Origin: Candidatus Marinacidobacterales bacterium | GTDB lineage: Bacteria > Acidobacteriota > Vicinamibacteria > Marinacidobacterales > DATDRI01 | DNA length: 64,000 nucleotides | Direction: 5' to 3' | Assembly: GCA_965226495.1 (NCBI GenBank) | Contig: OZ245365.1 | Location: 4,960,001 to 5,024,000, forward strand | Shown here: positions 1 to 9,654 of the stretch, one piece after another | How positions within the stretch are numbered: position 1 is the first letter of the stretch | Layout of the letters: each line of letters starts with the position of its first letter | The notes under the pieces: generated by a model | Told to the model about the DNA's origin: nothing | The model's input: only the letters and a program-made list of their open reading frames with translations | Databases searched by the model: none | Made by a program: the position numbers and the translations under genes

Positions 1-52
1 ACGCGAAGAGCGCCACAAGACAAGGTGTGGAGAATGAAGTCACGACTTTCAA
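1..52 (-). CDS. N-terminus of a CDS running off the window edge (signal-peptide-like; possibly a metal ABC substrate-binding protein)
   Basis: TTG at 52 preceded by GAGAGG reads MKVVTSFSTPCLVALFA, right after the stop of the outer-membrane gene. Product inferred from context only. Confidence 0.35.
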   Translation of the reverse strand, partial: MKVVTSFSTPCLVALFA

Positions 53-62
53 CCCTCTCATC

Positions 63-1451
63 TTAATACCTTTCATGCTTGTGGGGCCCGAGAGCCCAGG
101 TGACTTGAAAGAAGAGGAGGTTCTCGGCCTCTGGCTCCTCGAACATACGTGAGCTATGTGAGTATTGGACGCGAAGGCGCACCCACTCGCTCTGCCACCA
201 ATCCACATAGGGAGAAACCCCCCAAAGGCTGGAACCCGGCTCCTCGGGTAAGTCGGTCCAGTCACCGCGCAACCCTACGAACAACCGACGGTTGAGCTTA
301 TAGGTCGCAAAGGCGTAAGTACCGAAACTATCCTGCCGTCGCTCCGCCTCCTCTCGCCTCTGCCAGAGAAACTCTCCCCGTAGCTCGAGACCCTTATACA
401 GGGACTCGGCCGGTGGATTCCACGCCACGTTCCAGTCGGTGCCCACGACCCACGTACGGAAGTCGCCGAGTTCGTCGTTGACCCCGGTCGATGCGGAAAT
501 CCCAACTTCTAGATAAGTCGCCTCCGAGAGATCCCAATAATTCGTCTCGTGAAGTGTGACGACGGGCGCATCGAAGCCTCGACCCGAAAAACTGACATCG
601 TTCTCATCGTTGGTCACCTGGAACCAGAGCTCGTTGTAATCCCCCAGAACGGCTCCGGGCAACCAGGAAAGCCCGACTCCCGTGCCTCGGAGTCCTTCAT
701 CTCCGAAGAACGACTGATGCACCAGCGGTCGAACCGACTGCGGCAAGGCGTGTTGGTGCCAACGATTCAACTTTCCAAAATCATTACGGAAGGCGCCGAA
801 TTTCAATCCGAGGCCTGCCGGTAACGCCGTCCAATCTATGAACGCCTCTTCGAGCGCGAACTCACCTTCCTCGAAAACAACGAACGCCTTCGCCGAGGAG
901 AAAGGGTCGAGAGGCGCCTGGAACGCCATCTCGAACTCGGCGATGCGAAACTGATTGCTTTCAGGGTTGCCGCTGTCATCCGAGAGCTGGAGAAACGTGT
1001 CACCGGTCACTGAGATCTCCGGATTGAGCTTGTTGAGATTACGGCTCTTCCCGGTGAAGGTACGCTCCGGAGTCGGCGCTAGCTCGTCTTGGCCGGCGGT
1101 CGTAGCGCTACCGGTACGTTGTCCCTCGCCCTCTCCCAGTATTCCGGCTAGCTCCGCCTCTAAAGATGCCCTCTCTTCCGCGTCTAGCGACGGTTCGCTT
1201 TCTCCCTCCGCCGGCGCCGCCTTATCGAGTGCGACAGGTTTCTCTAGCTTCTCTTCCAGGGCGGCGAGGCGAGTCCCGTATTCCCTCTGCAGTGAATCGA
1301 GCGCCGACTCGAGTGCCGCAATGCGTTGCTGTAGCGCGGCAACCTGCTCACCGTCCTCCTGAGTCGCAGCGGCCCCGGTCCCTGGCGACGCGGCGGTCAA
1401 ACAAAGTGCTAAGACCAAATTCTCTACCACATGGATCGATTTTTTTTTCAT
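63..1451 (-). CDS. Outer-membrane beta-barrel protein of the zinc-regulated receptor/porin type
   Basis: Start MKKKSIH with signal peptide, then a coiled coil, then NPEISVTGD, LEEAF, FGKLNRWHQH, and a His-containing C-terminus GPHKHERY ending in an aromatic residue. Confidence 0.7.
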   Translation of the reverse strand: MKKKSIHVVENLVLALCLTAASPGTGAAATQEDGEQVAALQQRIAALESALDSLQREYGTRLAALEEKLEKPVALDKAAPAEGESEPSLDAEERASLEAELAGILGEGEGQRTGSATTAGQDELAPTPERTFTGKSRNLNKLNPEISVTGDTFLQLSDDSGNPESNQFRIAEFEMAFQAPLDPFSSAKAFVVFEEGEFALEEAFIDWTALPAGLGLKFGAFRNDFGKLNRWHQHALPQSVRPLVHQSFFGDEGLRGTGVGLSWLPGAVLGDYNELWFQVTNDENDVSFSGRGFDAPVVTLHETNYWDLSEATYLEVGISASTGVNDELGDFRTWVVGTDWNVAWNPPAESLYKGLELRGEFLWQRREEAERRQDSFGTYAFATYKLNRRLFVGLRGDWTDLPEEPGSSLWGVSPYVDWWQSEWVRLRVQYSHSSRMFEEPEAENLLFFQVTWALGPHKHERY

Positions 1452-1484
1452 CGCTTGTTCCTTTTTCTTTGTGCCCTCTACGCG

Positions 1485-1500
1485 TTGCAATACTTCGCAA
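1485..1500. promoter_or_regulatory. Imperfect palindrome TTGCAA-TACT-TCGCAA, candidate metal-regulator (Zur/Fur-type) operator
   Basis: Inverted repeat about 35 bp upstream of the metal-uptake gene start. Regulator identity is inference. Confidence 0.3.
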
Positions 1501-1585
1501 CCGGCAAACTGCCGCGCCACTGGGAAGAGCGAGCTTGGTTGCGGACGCCATCCTGCTCGCATTCAGCGAGCGAGGAGAAGTGAAG

Positions 1586-1954
1586 CTATGCGGTAAGTGG
1601 AGGAGAGCGAGAGAGGCGGAAAAAACCGGTGAAGTGAGGTGTGATTCCACGGGAAAGAGCACCGGTGGCAGCGGGAGTGAACAGCGGTACCGTCAGACGC
1701 AAGCTGACGTGCAGCGCCCCCTTGAATGTTTTGCAGACCACGCAAACGTGGGCAGGGTCGACCGCGCGAGAGTGATCGGATACCAGACCATAGCCGTTTC
1801 CGGGTTGGCAATTCTCGCCGTCACTCGACGCTTGGACCGAAAACGGACCTACGTTCTCCTTGAGCAAGTGAGAGGGGGAGAGCCAACCCGATGCGGCGAC
1901 GAGGCCGACCAAAATCAAAGCGAATATCGCCGGGAAGGAACGCTGGTTGCGCAC
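1586..1954 (-). CDS. DUF2946-like leader protein (signal/TM segment, CxxC, C-terminal RSPP)
   Basis: Hydrophobic N-terminus, HVCVVC, terminal SRSPPLTA; lies directly upstream of the outer-membrane metal-uptake gene. Confidence 0.7.
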   Translation of the reverse strand: MRNQRSFPAIFALILVGLVAASGWLSPSHLLKENVGPFSVQASSDGENCQPGNGYGLVSDHSRAVDPAHVCVVCKTFKGALHVSLRLTVPLFTPAATGALSRGITPHFTGFFRLSRSPPLTA

Positions 1955-2008
1955 GGTCTTAACCTAAACTCAAAGTAGCATGCGGTCGCGAACGGATCAA
2001 CTTAGGGA

Positions 2009-2044
2009 GCCAAACTACTAGCCAAACTATTGGCCAAACTATTG
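2009..2044. repeat. 12-bp tandem repeat x3 (GCCAAACTAYTR)
   Basis: gccaaactacta-gccaaactattg-gccaaactattg, intergenic. Confidence 0.9.
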
Positions 2045-2059
2045 GAACGCGGCTAGGGA

Positions 2060-3109
2060 TCAGACGGTTTCGGCTGTTCCCGCACCCACACCCCGGGAGC
2101 CAGGCTGACCCACACGGTAAGGCGCGTCGGTCTGAGGCGAGCGCCAGTTGTCGAACAAGCCGATGATCTGCACGCAAGCCAGGGTGCAATACGGGGCACA
2201 GTTTTTCGGCGTGGAGAACTCTCGACGAATATCTTGCTTCGTATATTGCTCGAGCAGCACATCGGGGTAGCCTCTTTGCTGCGAGCAATAATGCACCCGC
2301 CCGTCCTCGCAGATATAGAAATAACGCGCACCGGCTCTACATCGCCACTCGTTGGGCTTCCCGTGGGCCAAGTTCTCTCGGAACTGAGTGAAGCGCGCGT
2401 AGCTTCGCTTCCCGTGCTCCCGCAGACGATCGTAGACACTCATCTCACTATCGTTCAATCGCTTGAGACGACCGCGCTCGTTGTGGATGATCCCGAGCGT
2501 GGTGCTGAAGCCGAGCTCGACGGCGCGTTCGGATACGGTGATGGCGTCTTCCGGATTTTTTATGCCGCCACCAATGACCGAATTGAGGTTCACGTAGAAC
2601 TCTGCATGGCGACGCAGGTTCTCCAGCTTGGAATCCAAAACCTTCAGACTCTTCTTGGAGACTTCATCCGGGTTGACGTTGTCGATGGAAATCTGAAGGT
2701 GCTGCAAGCCAGCCTCGTTCAGCCGCTGGATCCGCTCCGGTGTCAGGAAATAGCCGTTTGTAATAAGACCCGCAATCATCCCGCGGCGGCGAATATGGCT
2801 AATGATTTCGTCGAGCTCAGGATGAAGGGTCGGTTCTCCCCCACTGATGGTGATGATGGTGGTCCCCAGCGACGCGAGGTGATCCAGACGTCGTTTCATC
2901 TCTTCCAAGGGAACCGGCTCCGAAAAATCGTCGAACTCGTTGCAATAGGTACAGGCGAGATTGCAGCGCCGCATCGGCACAATGTGGACCAGGATCGGGT
3001 GGCGCTTGGAGAGTAGCCCCCGGGCGATCATCCGAAATTCAGTCAGCCGGATTCTTACCTTGTTTCTAGTCTTCATAAGCCAGATCTGGGAGGGGCTAGG
3101 CCCCAACAA
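2060..3109 (-). CDS. Radical SAM protein with C-terminal Cys-rich (SPASM/twitch-like) domain
   Basis: [21 protein letters not shown]...YCSQ...CAPYCTLAC. True start may be MKTRNK a few codons in. Confidence 0.85.
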   Translation of the reverse strand: MLGPSPSQIWLMKTRNKVRIRLTEFRMIARGLLSKRHPILVHIVPMRRCNLACTYCNEFDDFSEPVPLEEMKRRLDHLASLGTTIITISGGEPTLHPELDEIISHIRRRGMIAGLITNGYFLTPERIQRLNEAGLQHLQISIDNVNPDEVSKKSLKVLDSKLENLRRHAEFYVNLNSVIGGGIKNPEDAITVSERAVELGFSTTLGIIHNERGRLKRLNDSEMSVYDRLREHGKRSYARFTQFRENLAHGKPNEWRCRAGARYFYICEDGRVHYCSQQRGYPDVLLEQYTKQDIRREFSTPKNCAPYCTLACVQIIGLFDNWRSPQTDAPYRVGQPGSRGVGAGTAETV

Positions 3110-3213
3110 TTTCTCTAAATATTACCGTTTCCCGCGAAAGGGTCAAGCGGTCACCGATGAATGGGCCACGCCGGTGCGAAGCAGACCGTTTCGTCCTCTT
3201 TTCTAGGGCGGGT

Positions 3214-3864
3214 TTATTCCCTGCTGATTATCTCGACGCCGGGGGGTAGCTCGAGCTCGAAGACCTTGGGGGGGAGAGGCCCGTTCACACGAACGTCCTG
3301 GAATTCCAAAATCGTCGTGTCCTTGTTCAGCTCGTGGAACACCGTGCGGTCCGGAGTCCAGTTCTCTTTGTTGAGTGTCATGTCGATGGCGGCAAAGAGC
3401 GAGGCTGCGGAGTCCGGTTTCGGAACCAGCTTCAGAACCACCTGCAGGTCATCCTCTCCGACGAGACTCACGTCATAGTGCTTACCAATCTCGGCATTCG
3501 ATTTCCCGAACCCGATGAGCAGATCGGTGCCGGCCCCTCGCTTTTGTCCCTGCTTGAACTCCTGAGCCTGATGGGCGATGGGGTTATAGAGCAAAATCTT
3601 GTCGTCTTTTACGAGGAGCACTTTGCTGTCTGGGGGAGCGTACTCCCACCGAATGTTCCCAGGGACCTTCATGTACAGTTTGCCCGAGCTCTTTTCTTCC
3701 TCTTCCAAGATGTGGTCATGGTTCGTCTGCTCGAAGTCGGCTGCGAGAGTCTCGAGACTGTCACCTGCCTTGCCCATGGCAGCCAGGATCTCCTCCAGAC
3801 GGTCGAGGCCAAATGAAGAGCTGGCGGTGAGGAAGAAAATAGCAAATGTGGCGAGAAGCGTCAT
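3214..3864 (-). CDS. lolA: Outer-membrane lipoprotein carrier LolA-family protein
   Basis: Signal peptide, ADFEQ, SGKLYMKVPGNIRWEY, C-terminal FELELPPGVEII. Confidence 0.8.
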   Translation of the reverse strand: MTLLATFAIFFLTASSSFGLDRLEEILAAMGKAGDSLETLAADFEQTNHDHILEEEEKSSGKLYMKVPGNIRWEYAPPDSKVLLVKDDKILLYNPIAHQAQEFKQGQKRGAGTDLLIGFGKSNAEIGKHYDVSLVGEDDLQVVLKLVPKPDSAASLFAAIDMTLNKENWTPDRTVFHELNKDTTILEFQDVRVNGPLPPKVFELELPPGVEIISRE

Positions 3865-3898
3865 GGCTTTATCCGCTTCATCGCTTTGCGGGCGACTC

Positions 3899-4621
3899 TT
3901 AGCCTACCTCGCCGGTATTCACCAAGTGGGGAGCGTTGGCGTGGTCGACGACCCGTCCGTCCAGCATCTCGATCAAACGATGCCCGACTTCCGCCGCCTC
4001 CGGGTTATGCGTGATCATCACGATGGTCTGCTTTTTCCTACGGTTGAGATCGACGAGCAGCTCCAATACCTGACGGGAGTTTTCGGAGTCGAGGTTTCCG
4101 GTTGGCTCGTCGGCCAGAATGATTGCGGGATGGTTCACCAACGCGCGGGCCAGAGCGACTCGCTGCTGCTCGCCAACCGAAAGCTCGAGCGGTTTGTGAT
4201 GAAGCTTGTGGGCCAAACCTACGAGGTCCATCAGCTCTGCGATCTCGCCTCCACCCGGGTGTCCATTGCCGAAGATCTGCTGCGCGATCTCGATGTTTCC
4301 CTGCACGGTCAGCGTCGGCAGGAGATTGAAACGCTGAAACACGAAGCCGATCTTTTTCCGGCGGAGAAGAGTGCGCTCGGCGTCGTTGGCGAGGCTGAGA
4401 TCTTTGCCATCAACGATGACTCTGCCGGAGCTAGGACGCGCCAAGCCACCCATCAGGTGAAGTAGCGTGGACTTGCCGCACCCAGAAGGGCCCATGATCG
4501 AAACGAACTCACCGGCCTGGATCTCGACATTGACTCCTCGGAGAGCCGGGACCTCCACCTTCCCGACCTTATAAATCTTCCGAAGGTCGACGACTTTGAG
4601 AATGCTTCCGGTCGATTCCAT
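3899..4621 (-). CDS. ABC transporter ATP-binding protein (LolD/MacB-like)
   Basis: [44 protein letters not shown]. Confidence 0.92.
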   Translation of the reverse strand: MESTGSILKVVDLRKIYKVGKVEVPALRGVNVEIQAGEFVSIMGPSGCGKSTLLHLMGGLARPSSGRVIVDGKDLSLANDAERTLLRRKKIGFVFQRFNLLPTLTVQGNIEIAQQIFGNGHPGGGEIAELMDLVGLAHKLHHKPLELSVGEQQRVALARALVNHPAIILADEPTGNLDSENSRQVLELLVDLNRRKKQTIVMITHNPEAAEVGHRLIEMLDGRVVDHANAPHLVNTGEVG

Positions 4622-4634
4622 TACGCGGTTCTAG

Positions 4635-5741
4635 CTACTCGTAGTTCAGGGCTTCTACCGGATCCAGCTTAGCGGCACGATAGGCAGGGTACAAGGCCCC
4701 CAACAACCCGCCACAGATGCCCAGAAGTGCGGCGATGACGAACTGACTCGGGACGAGAGAAACGGTGAGGGTCGGAAACAAGATCAGTATGGTGAAACGA
4801 CCCAACAGAGAAAAGCCATAACCAACGACCACACCGATAAGGCATATGAGGAACGACTCGGTGATGACCAGCCGGATGATGTACATCTTGCCGGCTCCCA
4901 GCGCCTTCAGCACACCGATCTCTCTCGTTCGCTCGATGATCGATGTGTACATGGCCAACAGAATCACCAAGAAGCTGATGAGGACGGCGAGGAATGAGAG
5001 CACTCGGACGAATTGCTTCAGACCCAGCGCGTTTTCCCTGAGCTCTTCCACGAATCCTTCCATGGCCGTCACTTTGTAACCCTCGAATTTCTTTTCGAGC
5101 GCGGCGGCCACTTCACCCACGTCGCGCCCTTCGTTGACCCTGATCATGAAGAGCGACACCTTGCCCGGCTGGCCGCTCCCTTCCTGGAGCGTGGCGAGGT
5201 CCATATAGATGCGAACCCCGGCGCCGGCCTTACAGATACCGGCAATTTCGAAGTCCTGGCCCATCATGGGAATGCGATCTCCAAGGTCCAGCTGGTCGGC
5301 ACTCGAAAGCACGGTATCAATGATAAGGTCGTCGGGTTTTTGGAACGCCGTGCCGTCCACGATCTGCACCCCATTGCCGATTTGATTATAGGTATCCAGG
5401 TCGACTCCAAAGATCGAGACCAACTTCTTGGTCCCTTTGATGCTCATTATCCGCCAGAGCAAGACGGGAGCAACGGCCCTCACTCCATCCACTTCCCCCA
5501 GTTTCTCTCCCAAGCGTTCCGACATCACACCCGTATTGAGAACCAGAAACGGAGAGGAGTCCGGGCCCATGAACATGATGTCCGCTCCCACATTTGTGAT
5601 CCGATCGGCGTACTCGTTGAGCGATCCATCCGCCAAGCCCACGATGACTAGGACCATCGAGACCCCCAACGCCACCGACAAAATGCCGATACCGGTCCGG
5701 GTCTTGCGGTAAAAGATGTTGGAGAGGGGGAGATTGGCCAT
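4635..5741 (-). CDS. ABC transporter permease (MacB/FtsX family)
   Basis: N-terminal TM, periplasmic domain, ERTREIGVLKALGA, PAYRAAKLDPVEAL. Confidence 0.9.
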   Translation of the reverse strand: MANLPLSNIFYRKTRTGIGILSVALGVSMVLVIVGLADGSLNEYADRITNVGADIMFMGPDSSPFLVLNTGVMSERLGEKLGEVDGVRAVAPVLLWRIMSIKGTKKLVSIFGVDLDTYNQIGNGVQIVDGTAFQKPDDLIIDTVLSSADQLDLGDRIPMMGQDFEIAGICKAGAGVRIYMDLATLQEGSGQPGKVSLFMIRVNEGRDVGEVAAALEKKFEGYKVTAMEGFVEELRENALGLKQFVRVLSFLAVLISFLVILLAMYTSIIERTREIGVLKALGAGKMYIIRLVITESFLICLIGVVVGYGFSLLGRFTILILFPTLTVSLVPSQFVIAALLGICGGLLGALYPAYRAAKLDPVEALNYE

Positions 5742-5961
5742 GTGATTAACGGGATTCCTAGTGGGGGTTGATATGAATCCGATCCAAGAATATCGTCAGT
5801 TGCAAACTTACTATGCTAACAAAGACGAAAGGCAGGATCAACCGCAGTCGGCACCGCCGTCTGACGAGCTGGCTAGAAGCTTTTTACTCACCGTCCTATA
5901 GTGAGCCCACGCTTGGTGAGCCCACGCTGTCGCGAAAAGGAAGCGGAGACAGGAGTCGTCG

Positions 5962-6930
5962 ATGAAAGCGATCAGAATTCATCGGGCCGGAGGCCCGGAA
6001 ACGTTGCAGTTAGAAGACGTTCCGCAGCCGGAACCGGCTCGCGAGGAGGTCCGGGTTCGCCTCGAGGCCATTGGCGTCAACTATATCGATACCTACCACC
6101 GCACAGGCCTCTATCCTTTGGATCTACCTTTCACTCCCGGAATCGAAGGCGCGGGAGTTGTGGAGGAGGTTGGGCCCGCGGTGGAAGACGTGCGCGTTGG
6201 CGATCGGGTGGCATTCGCGAACTCGCTCGGAGCCTATTGCGGGCAGAAAATCGTGGCGGCCAAGGCGTTAGCGAAACTACCCGAGGGAATGGAGTGTCGC
6301 ACCGCGGCGGCGGCCATGGTCCAAGGCATCACCGCACACTACCTTACCCGCTCCACGTTCCCTCTCCGGCCGGGCAACAAAGTTTTGGTCCACGCCGCCG
6401 CCGGCGGCGTCGGGTTGCTTCTCGTACAACTCGCGAAGCGTTTTGGCGCCACCGTTTTCGGTACTGTCGGAAACAAAGAGAAGGCCGAAGCGGCGACAGC
6501 CGCCGGGGCCGACCATGTGATCCTCTACACTCAGACGAACTTCGCCACCGAGATCGAGAAACTGACAAATGGAGAGGGAGTCGACGTGGTCTACGATTCG
6601 GTCGGTAAGGAGACCTACGAAAGGAGCATGGCCAGCCTGGTGCCTCGCGGCATGCTGGTTCTATTTGGAAACGCGAGCGGGCCGGTTCCTCCCATTGACC
6701 CTCTGGCTCTGGCAAAAGGCGGCTCGATCTTTCTAACCCGGCCGACGGTCGCCCACTACATTCGGGACCGGGGAGAGTTCCTCGGACGGGTAGAAGAGAT
6801 CTTCGCCTGGATCCAATCGGGTGAGCTCCGACTGACCATCGACCGCGCTCTACCTTTGTCCGAAGCCGCCGAAGCGCATCGGCTCTTGGAAGGCCGAACG
6901 ACGAAGGGCAAACTGCTACTGGTGCCCTGA
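5962..6930 (+). CDS. qor: NADPH:quinone oxidoreductase (zeta-crystallin-like MDR family)
   Basis: GVNYIDTYHRTGLY, HAAAGGVG, GVDVVYDSVG, GSIFLTRP. Confidence 0.9.
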   Translation: MKAIRIHRAGGPETLQLEDVPQPEPAREEVRVRLEAIGVNYIDTYHRTGLYPLDLPFTPGIEGAGVVEEVGPAVEDVRVGDRVAFANSLGAYCGQKIVAAKALAKLPEGMECRTAAAAMVQGITAHYLTRSTFPLRPGNKVLVHAAAGGVGLLLVQLAKRFGATVFGTVGNKEKAEAATAAGADHVILYTQTNFATEIEKLTNGEGVDVVYDSVGKETYERSMASLVPRGMLVLFGNASGPVPPIDPLALAKGGSIFLTRPTVAHYIRDRGEFLGRVEEIFAWIQSGELRLTIDRALPLSEAAEAHRLLEGRTTKGKLLLVP

Positions 6931-8274
6931 ACCACTGGAGCCACTGGAGTACGCCCGATCCAATAGCACCGCCGGATGGGTCACCTCGGAATCGAGTCCG
7001 GCCCGCTTGACTCCGTGGGACAGTTGCATCAGGCACCCGGGGTTCCCGCTCACAATAATATCGGGGGCGATCTCTTTCAGATGCCGCATTTTTTCATCAA
7101 GCGCGCTCATCGACAGGCCATAGTGCGTAAGGTTGTAGATCCCGGCGCTCCCGCAACATCGCTCAGAATCGGAGAAGCTCAAAAGAGAGAGGCCGGGTAT
7201 GCTCGCAAGCAGATCCCGCGGCTCCGCGCGCACCCGTTGCGCATGGAAGAGATGACAAGGCGCGTCGTACGCCACGCGAGCCTCGACCCGTCCGTGAGGT
7301 GGATCGAAACCCTCGCGAACGAGAAAAGCCGAGACGTCTACCACTCGCGAGGCGAACTCGGCGGCTCCGGAATCATCGGCGAGCAGCTCCGCATACTCGG
7401 AAAGCGCGGCACCGCATCCGGCCGCGTTCACCACGATGGCATCGACGCCGGCATCGCCGAACGCCCGCACGTTCGCTCGCGCAAGTTCGTGCGCGACTTC
7501 CGGAAGCCCATTGTGGAGGTGCAACGCACCGCAGCAGCGCTGCGCCTCCGGGACGACGACTTCGAAACCATTCCGTTGCAAGACCCTGGCTGTCGCGCGG
7601 TTCACGTCGCCAAAAAAATGAGAAGCAATGCACCCCGAGAAGAGGCCGACCCGTTTGCGGCGTGCCCCTTCGGCATGAAGCAGCTCGGGCAAATTGCGCC
7701 GCGCCTCACGAGGGGGAACCCGCGGCAATAGAGATTCGCGATCCGCCAGCTCGCCGGCCAGATCACCGGGAAGCCGTCGGAGCAATCCGCCGACAAGGCT
7801 CCGAAGTCCGGTTGCCTCATAGAGATGAAGCAACCCAACGAGGCGTTTCAACCTCATTGGGTGCGCCAAAATGCTTCCCATCATCACCTTTTTTGTCGCT
7901 CTGTTCAGCCACCCTTCCGTTTTCTCCTCGGTGATGAGACCGCGCACATCTTCCATGATGGAGCCCACCGGAACTCCCGCCGGACAAACGGATTCGCAGG
8001 CCCGGCACGCCAGGCAATCATAGATGTCTTCGGTCAGGGTGGGGGTGATGTCGAGTCGGCCTTCGAGGACCGCACGGATGTTGTACACCTGACCGCGTGG
8101 CGCCACCGACTCACGCCCCAAGGCCGCGTAGGTCGGACACGCGGGAAGGCAAAGCCCGCAGTGCACACAAGAGAGCGTCTTGTCGTAGAGGGCCTGGCGC
8201 TCGGGCGTCACGACTTGCATGGCATCCAGGATTATAGTCGCTATGTACAGAAGGATGTTGCTGATGCGGAACAA
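6916..8274 (-). CDS. glcF: Glycolate oxidase iron-sulfur subunit
   Basis: CVHCGLCLPACP, CLACRACESVCP, two CCG domains. Start may be MQVVTP at about 8220. Confidence 0.85.
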   Translation of the reverse strand: MFRISNILLYIATIILDAMQVVTPERQALYDKTLSCVHCGLCLPACPTYAALGRESVAPRGQVYNIRAVLEGRLDITPTLTEDIYDCLACRACESVCPAGVPVGSIMEDVRGLITEEKTEGWLNRATKKVMMGSILAHPMRLKRLVGLLHLYEATGLRSLVGGLLRRLPGDLAGELADRESLLPRVPPREARRNLPELLHAEGARRKRVGLFSGCIASHFFGDVNRATARVLQRNGFEVVVPEAQRCCGALHLHNGLPEVAHELARANVRAFGDAGVDAIVVNAAGCGAALSEYAELLADDSGAAEFASRVVDVSAFLVREGFDPPHGRVEARVAYDAPCHLFHAQRVRAEPRDLLASIPGLSLLSFSDSERCCGSAGIYNLTHYGLSMSALDEKMRHLKEIAPDIIVSGNPGCLMQLSHGVKRAGLDSEVTHPAVLLDRAYSSGSSGSGHQ

Positions 8275-8394
8275 CCGAGTCGCTTCGGAAAGCGTCTATC
8301 GTCGGCAGAGATTCAAAGGATGATGGAAGAATCCTCCCGCCGGGCGCGCTAGTGACCGGCGTCAGGTATTGGGCCGCTCACGAACTGGCGCGCG

Positions 8395-9654
8395 TCACAG
8401 TCTGCCTACGAAGCGGCCAGGCGAAAGAATCCCCTTGGGATCGAGCTTCTCTTTGATCTTCTTCATCAGCTCGAACCCTCCGGGCCTCTCACCGAAAACG
8501 TCAAGGCGCGCTTTGATTTCCTGAGGTGCGGATTCCAAAACGGCATTGCCTTCGAGTTCCTGCGCCGTCGATAGCATATATGGATAGGCTTCGAAGTCTT
8601 CCGAACGTGCGTAGAGAAGGCCGGCGTCCGGGTAAGCCACGACCGGCCCCTTCCTTTGCCACTGCTCGGCAAGGCGCACCGTCCGCGAAGGAAGGACTTG
8701 ACCGAGGACAACGATCGGCGACTCCCCCGACAGTGTCGACGACGCCGGGAAGTCCCGGAGACGATCCCACAAACTTTCGCTTTCCCCGGGGGTTGGCCGG
8801 ATAACCTCGTTTCCGCGCAATAAGTCTTCGCTCTTCCCACAATGGTCGGACACCTCCTCGTCGATCCCCTCGTAGCGGAGCAAGAGCAGCCAACCCCTGA
8901 AAGACAGGGAAGCGGCGAGAGACGGTTCGATGACCGCGATCACCTCCGGCTGGAGTGAGCTGCGTCGATGCACAGAAAGAGCATCGAAGACGGAAGACAC
9001 GTCCTGAAGCGACACCGCGAGCGTCACGGTAGTTTCGGGGATGGGCCGCACTCGGAGGTGAACGCGCGTCAAGAACGCCAGCGTGCCGCGCGAGCCGACC
9101 AAGAGCTTCATCAGCTCGTAACCGGCCACGTTTTTGATCACTCGCCCCCCTGCCGAGACCAAAGTTCCGTCCGCCAACAAGGCATCGAACCCCAAGAGAA
9201 GGTCGCGTGGGCGTGCCCCCGGTTGACGACGAAAACCCGGCTCACCCGAGGCGAGGACTCCTCCCACCGAGGCGCCGTCGACACACGGCGGATCCCACGG
9301 CATGAACTGTCTTTCTTTCGCTAGCAACGCCTGAAGATCGCGAAGCCGAGTACCGGTGTGGACGGTGACGGTCGAGTCCGCGGGCTCGTAGTCCTCAACT
9401 CCCGTGAGGTGTGCGGAGCTGAGATAGCAATCCAAGCGGGCGGGTAAGTTGCCGACATGGAGGCGTGTGCCGCCTCCATACGGAATCACGGCGAGCCTCT
9501 CGCGGGAACAGAAAGTAAGAGTCTTTGCAGCAGCCTCCACTGACGTGGGCTCCAGAACGAGAGGTGGCTTCATGCCGTCGATCTCCGGGTCCTCGGCTCG
9601 CGGTGGTCGAGCATTCGCCTCCTCCAACAACGCGCGGGCCTTCCCCAACGTCAT
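8395..9654 (-). CDS. glcE: Glycolate oxidase FAD-binding subunit
   Basis: GGRVIKNVAGYELMKL, GSRGTL, DPKGILSPGRF; overlaps the glcD stop. Confidence 0.85.
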   Translation of the reverse strand: MTLGKARALLEEANARPPRAEDPEIDGMKPPLVLEPTSVEAAAKTLTFCSRERLAVIPYGGGTRLHVGNLPARLDCYLSSAHLTGVEDYEPADSTVTVHTGTRLRDLQALLAKERQFMPWDPPCVDGASVGGVLASGEPGFRRQPGARPRDLLLGFDALLADGTLVSAGGRVIKNVAGYELMKLLVGSRGTLAFLTRVHLRVRPIPETTVTLAVSLQDVSSVFDALSVHRRSSLQPEVIAVIEPSLAASLSFRGWLLLLRYEGIDEEVSDHCGKSEDLLRGNEVIRPTPGESESLWDRLRDFPASSTLSGESPIVVLGQVLPSRTVRLAEQWQRKGPVVAYPDAGLLYARSEDFEAYPYMLSTAQELEGNAVLESAPQEIKARLDVFGERPGGFELMKKIKEKLDPKGILSPGRFVGRL

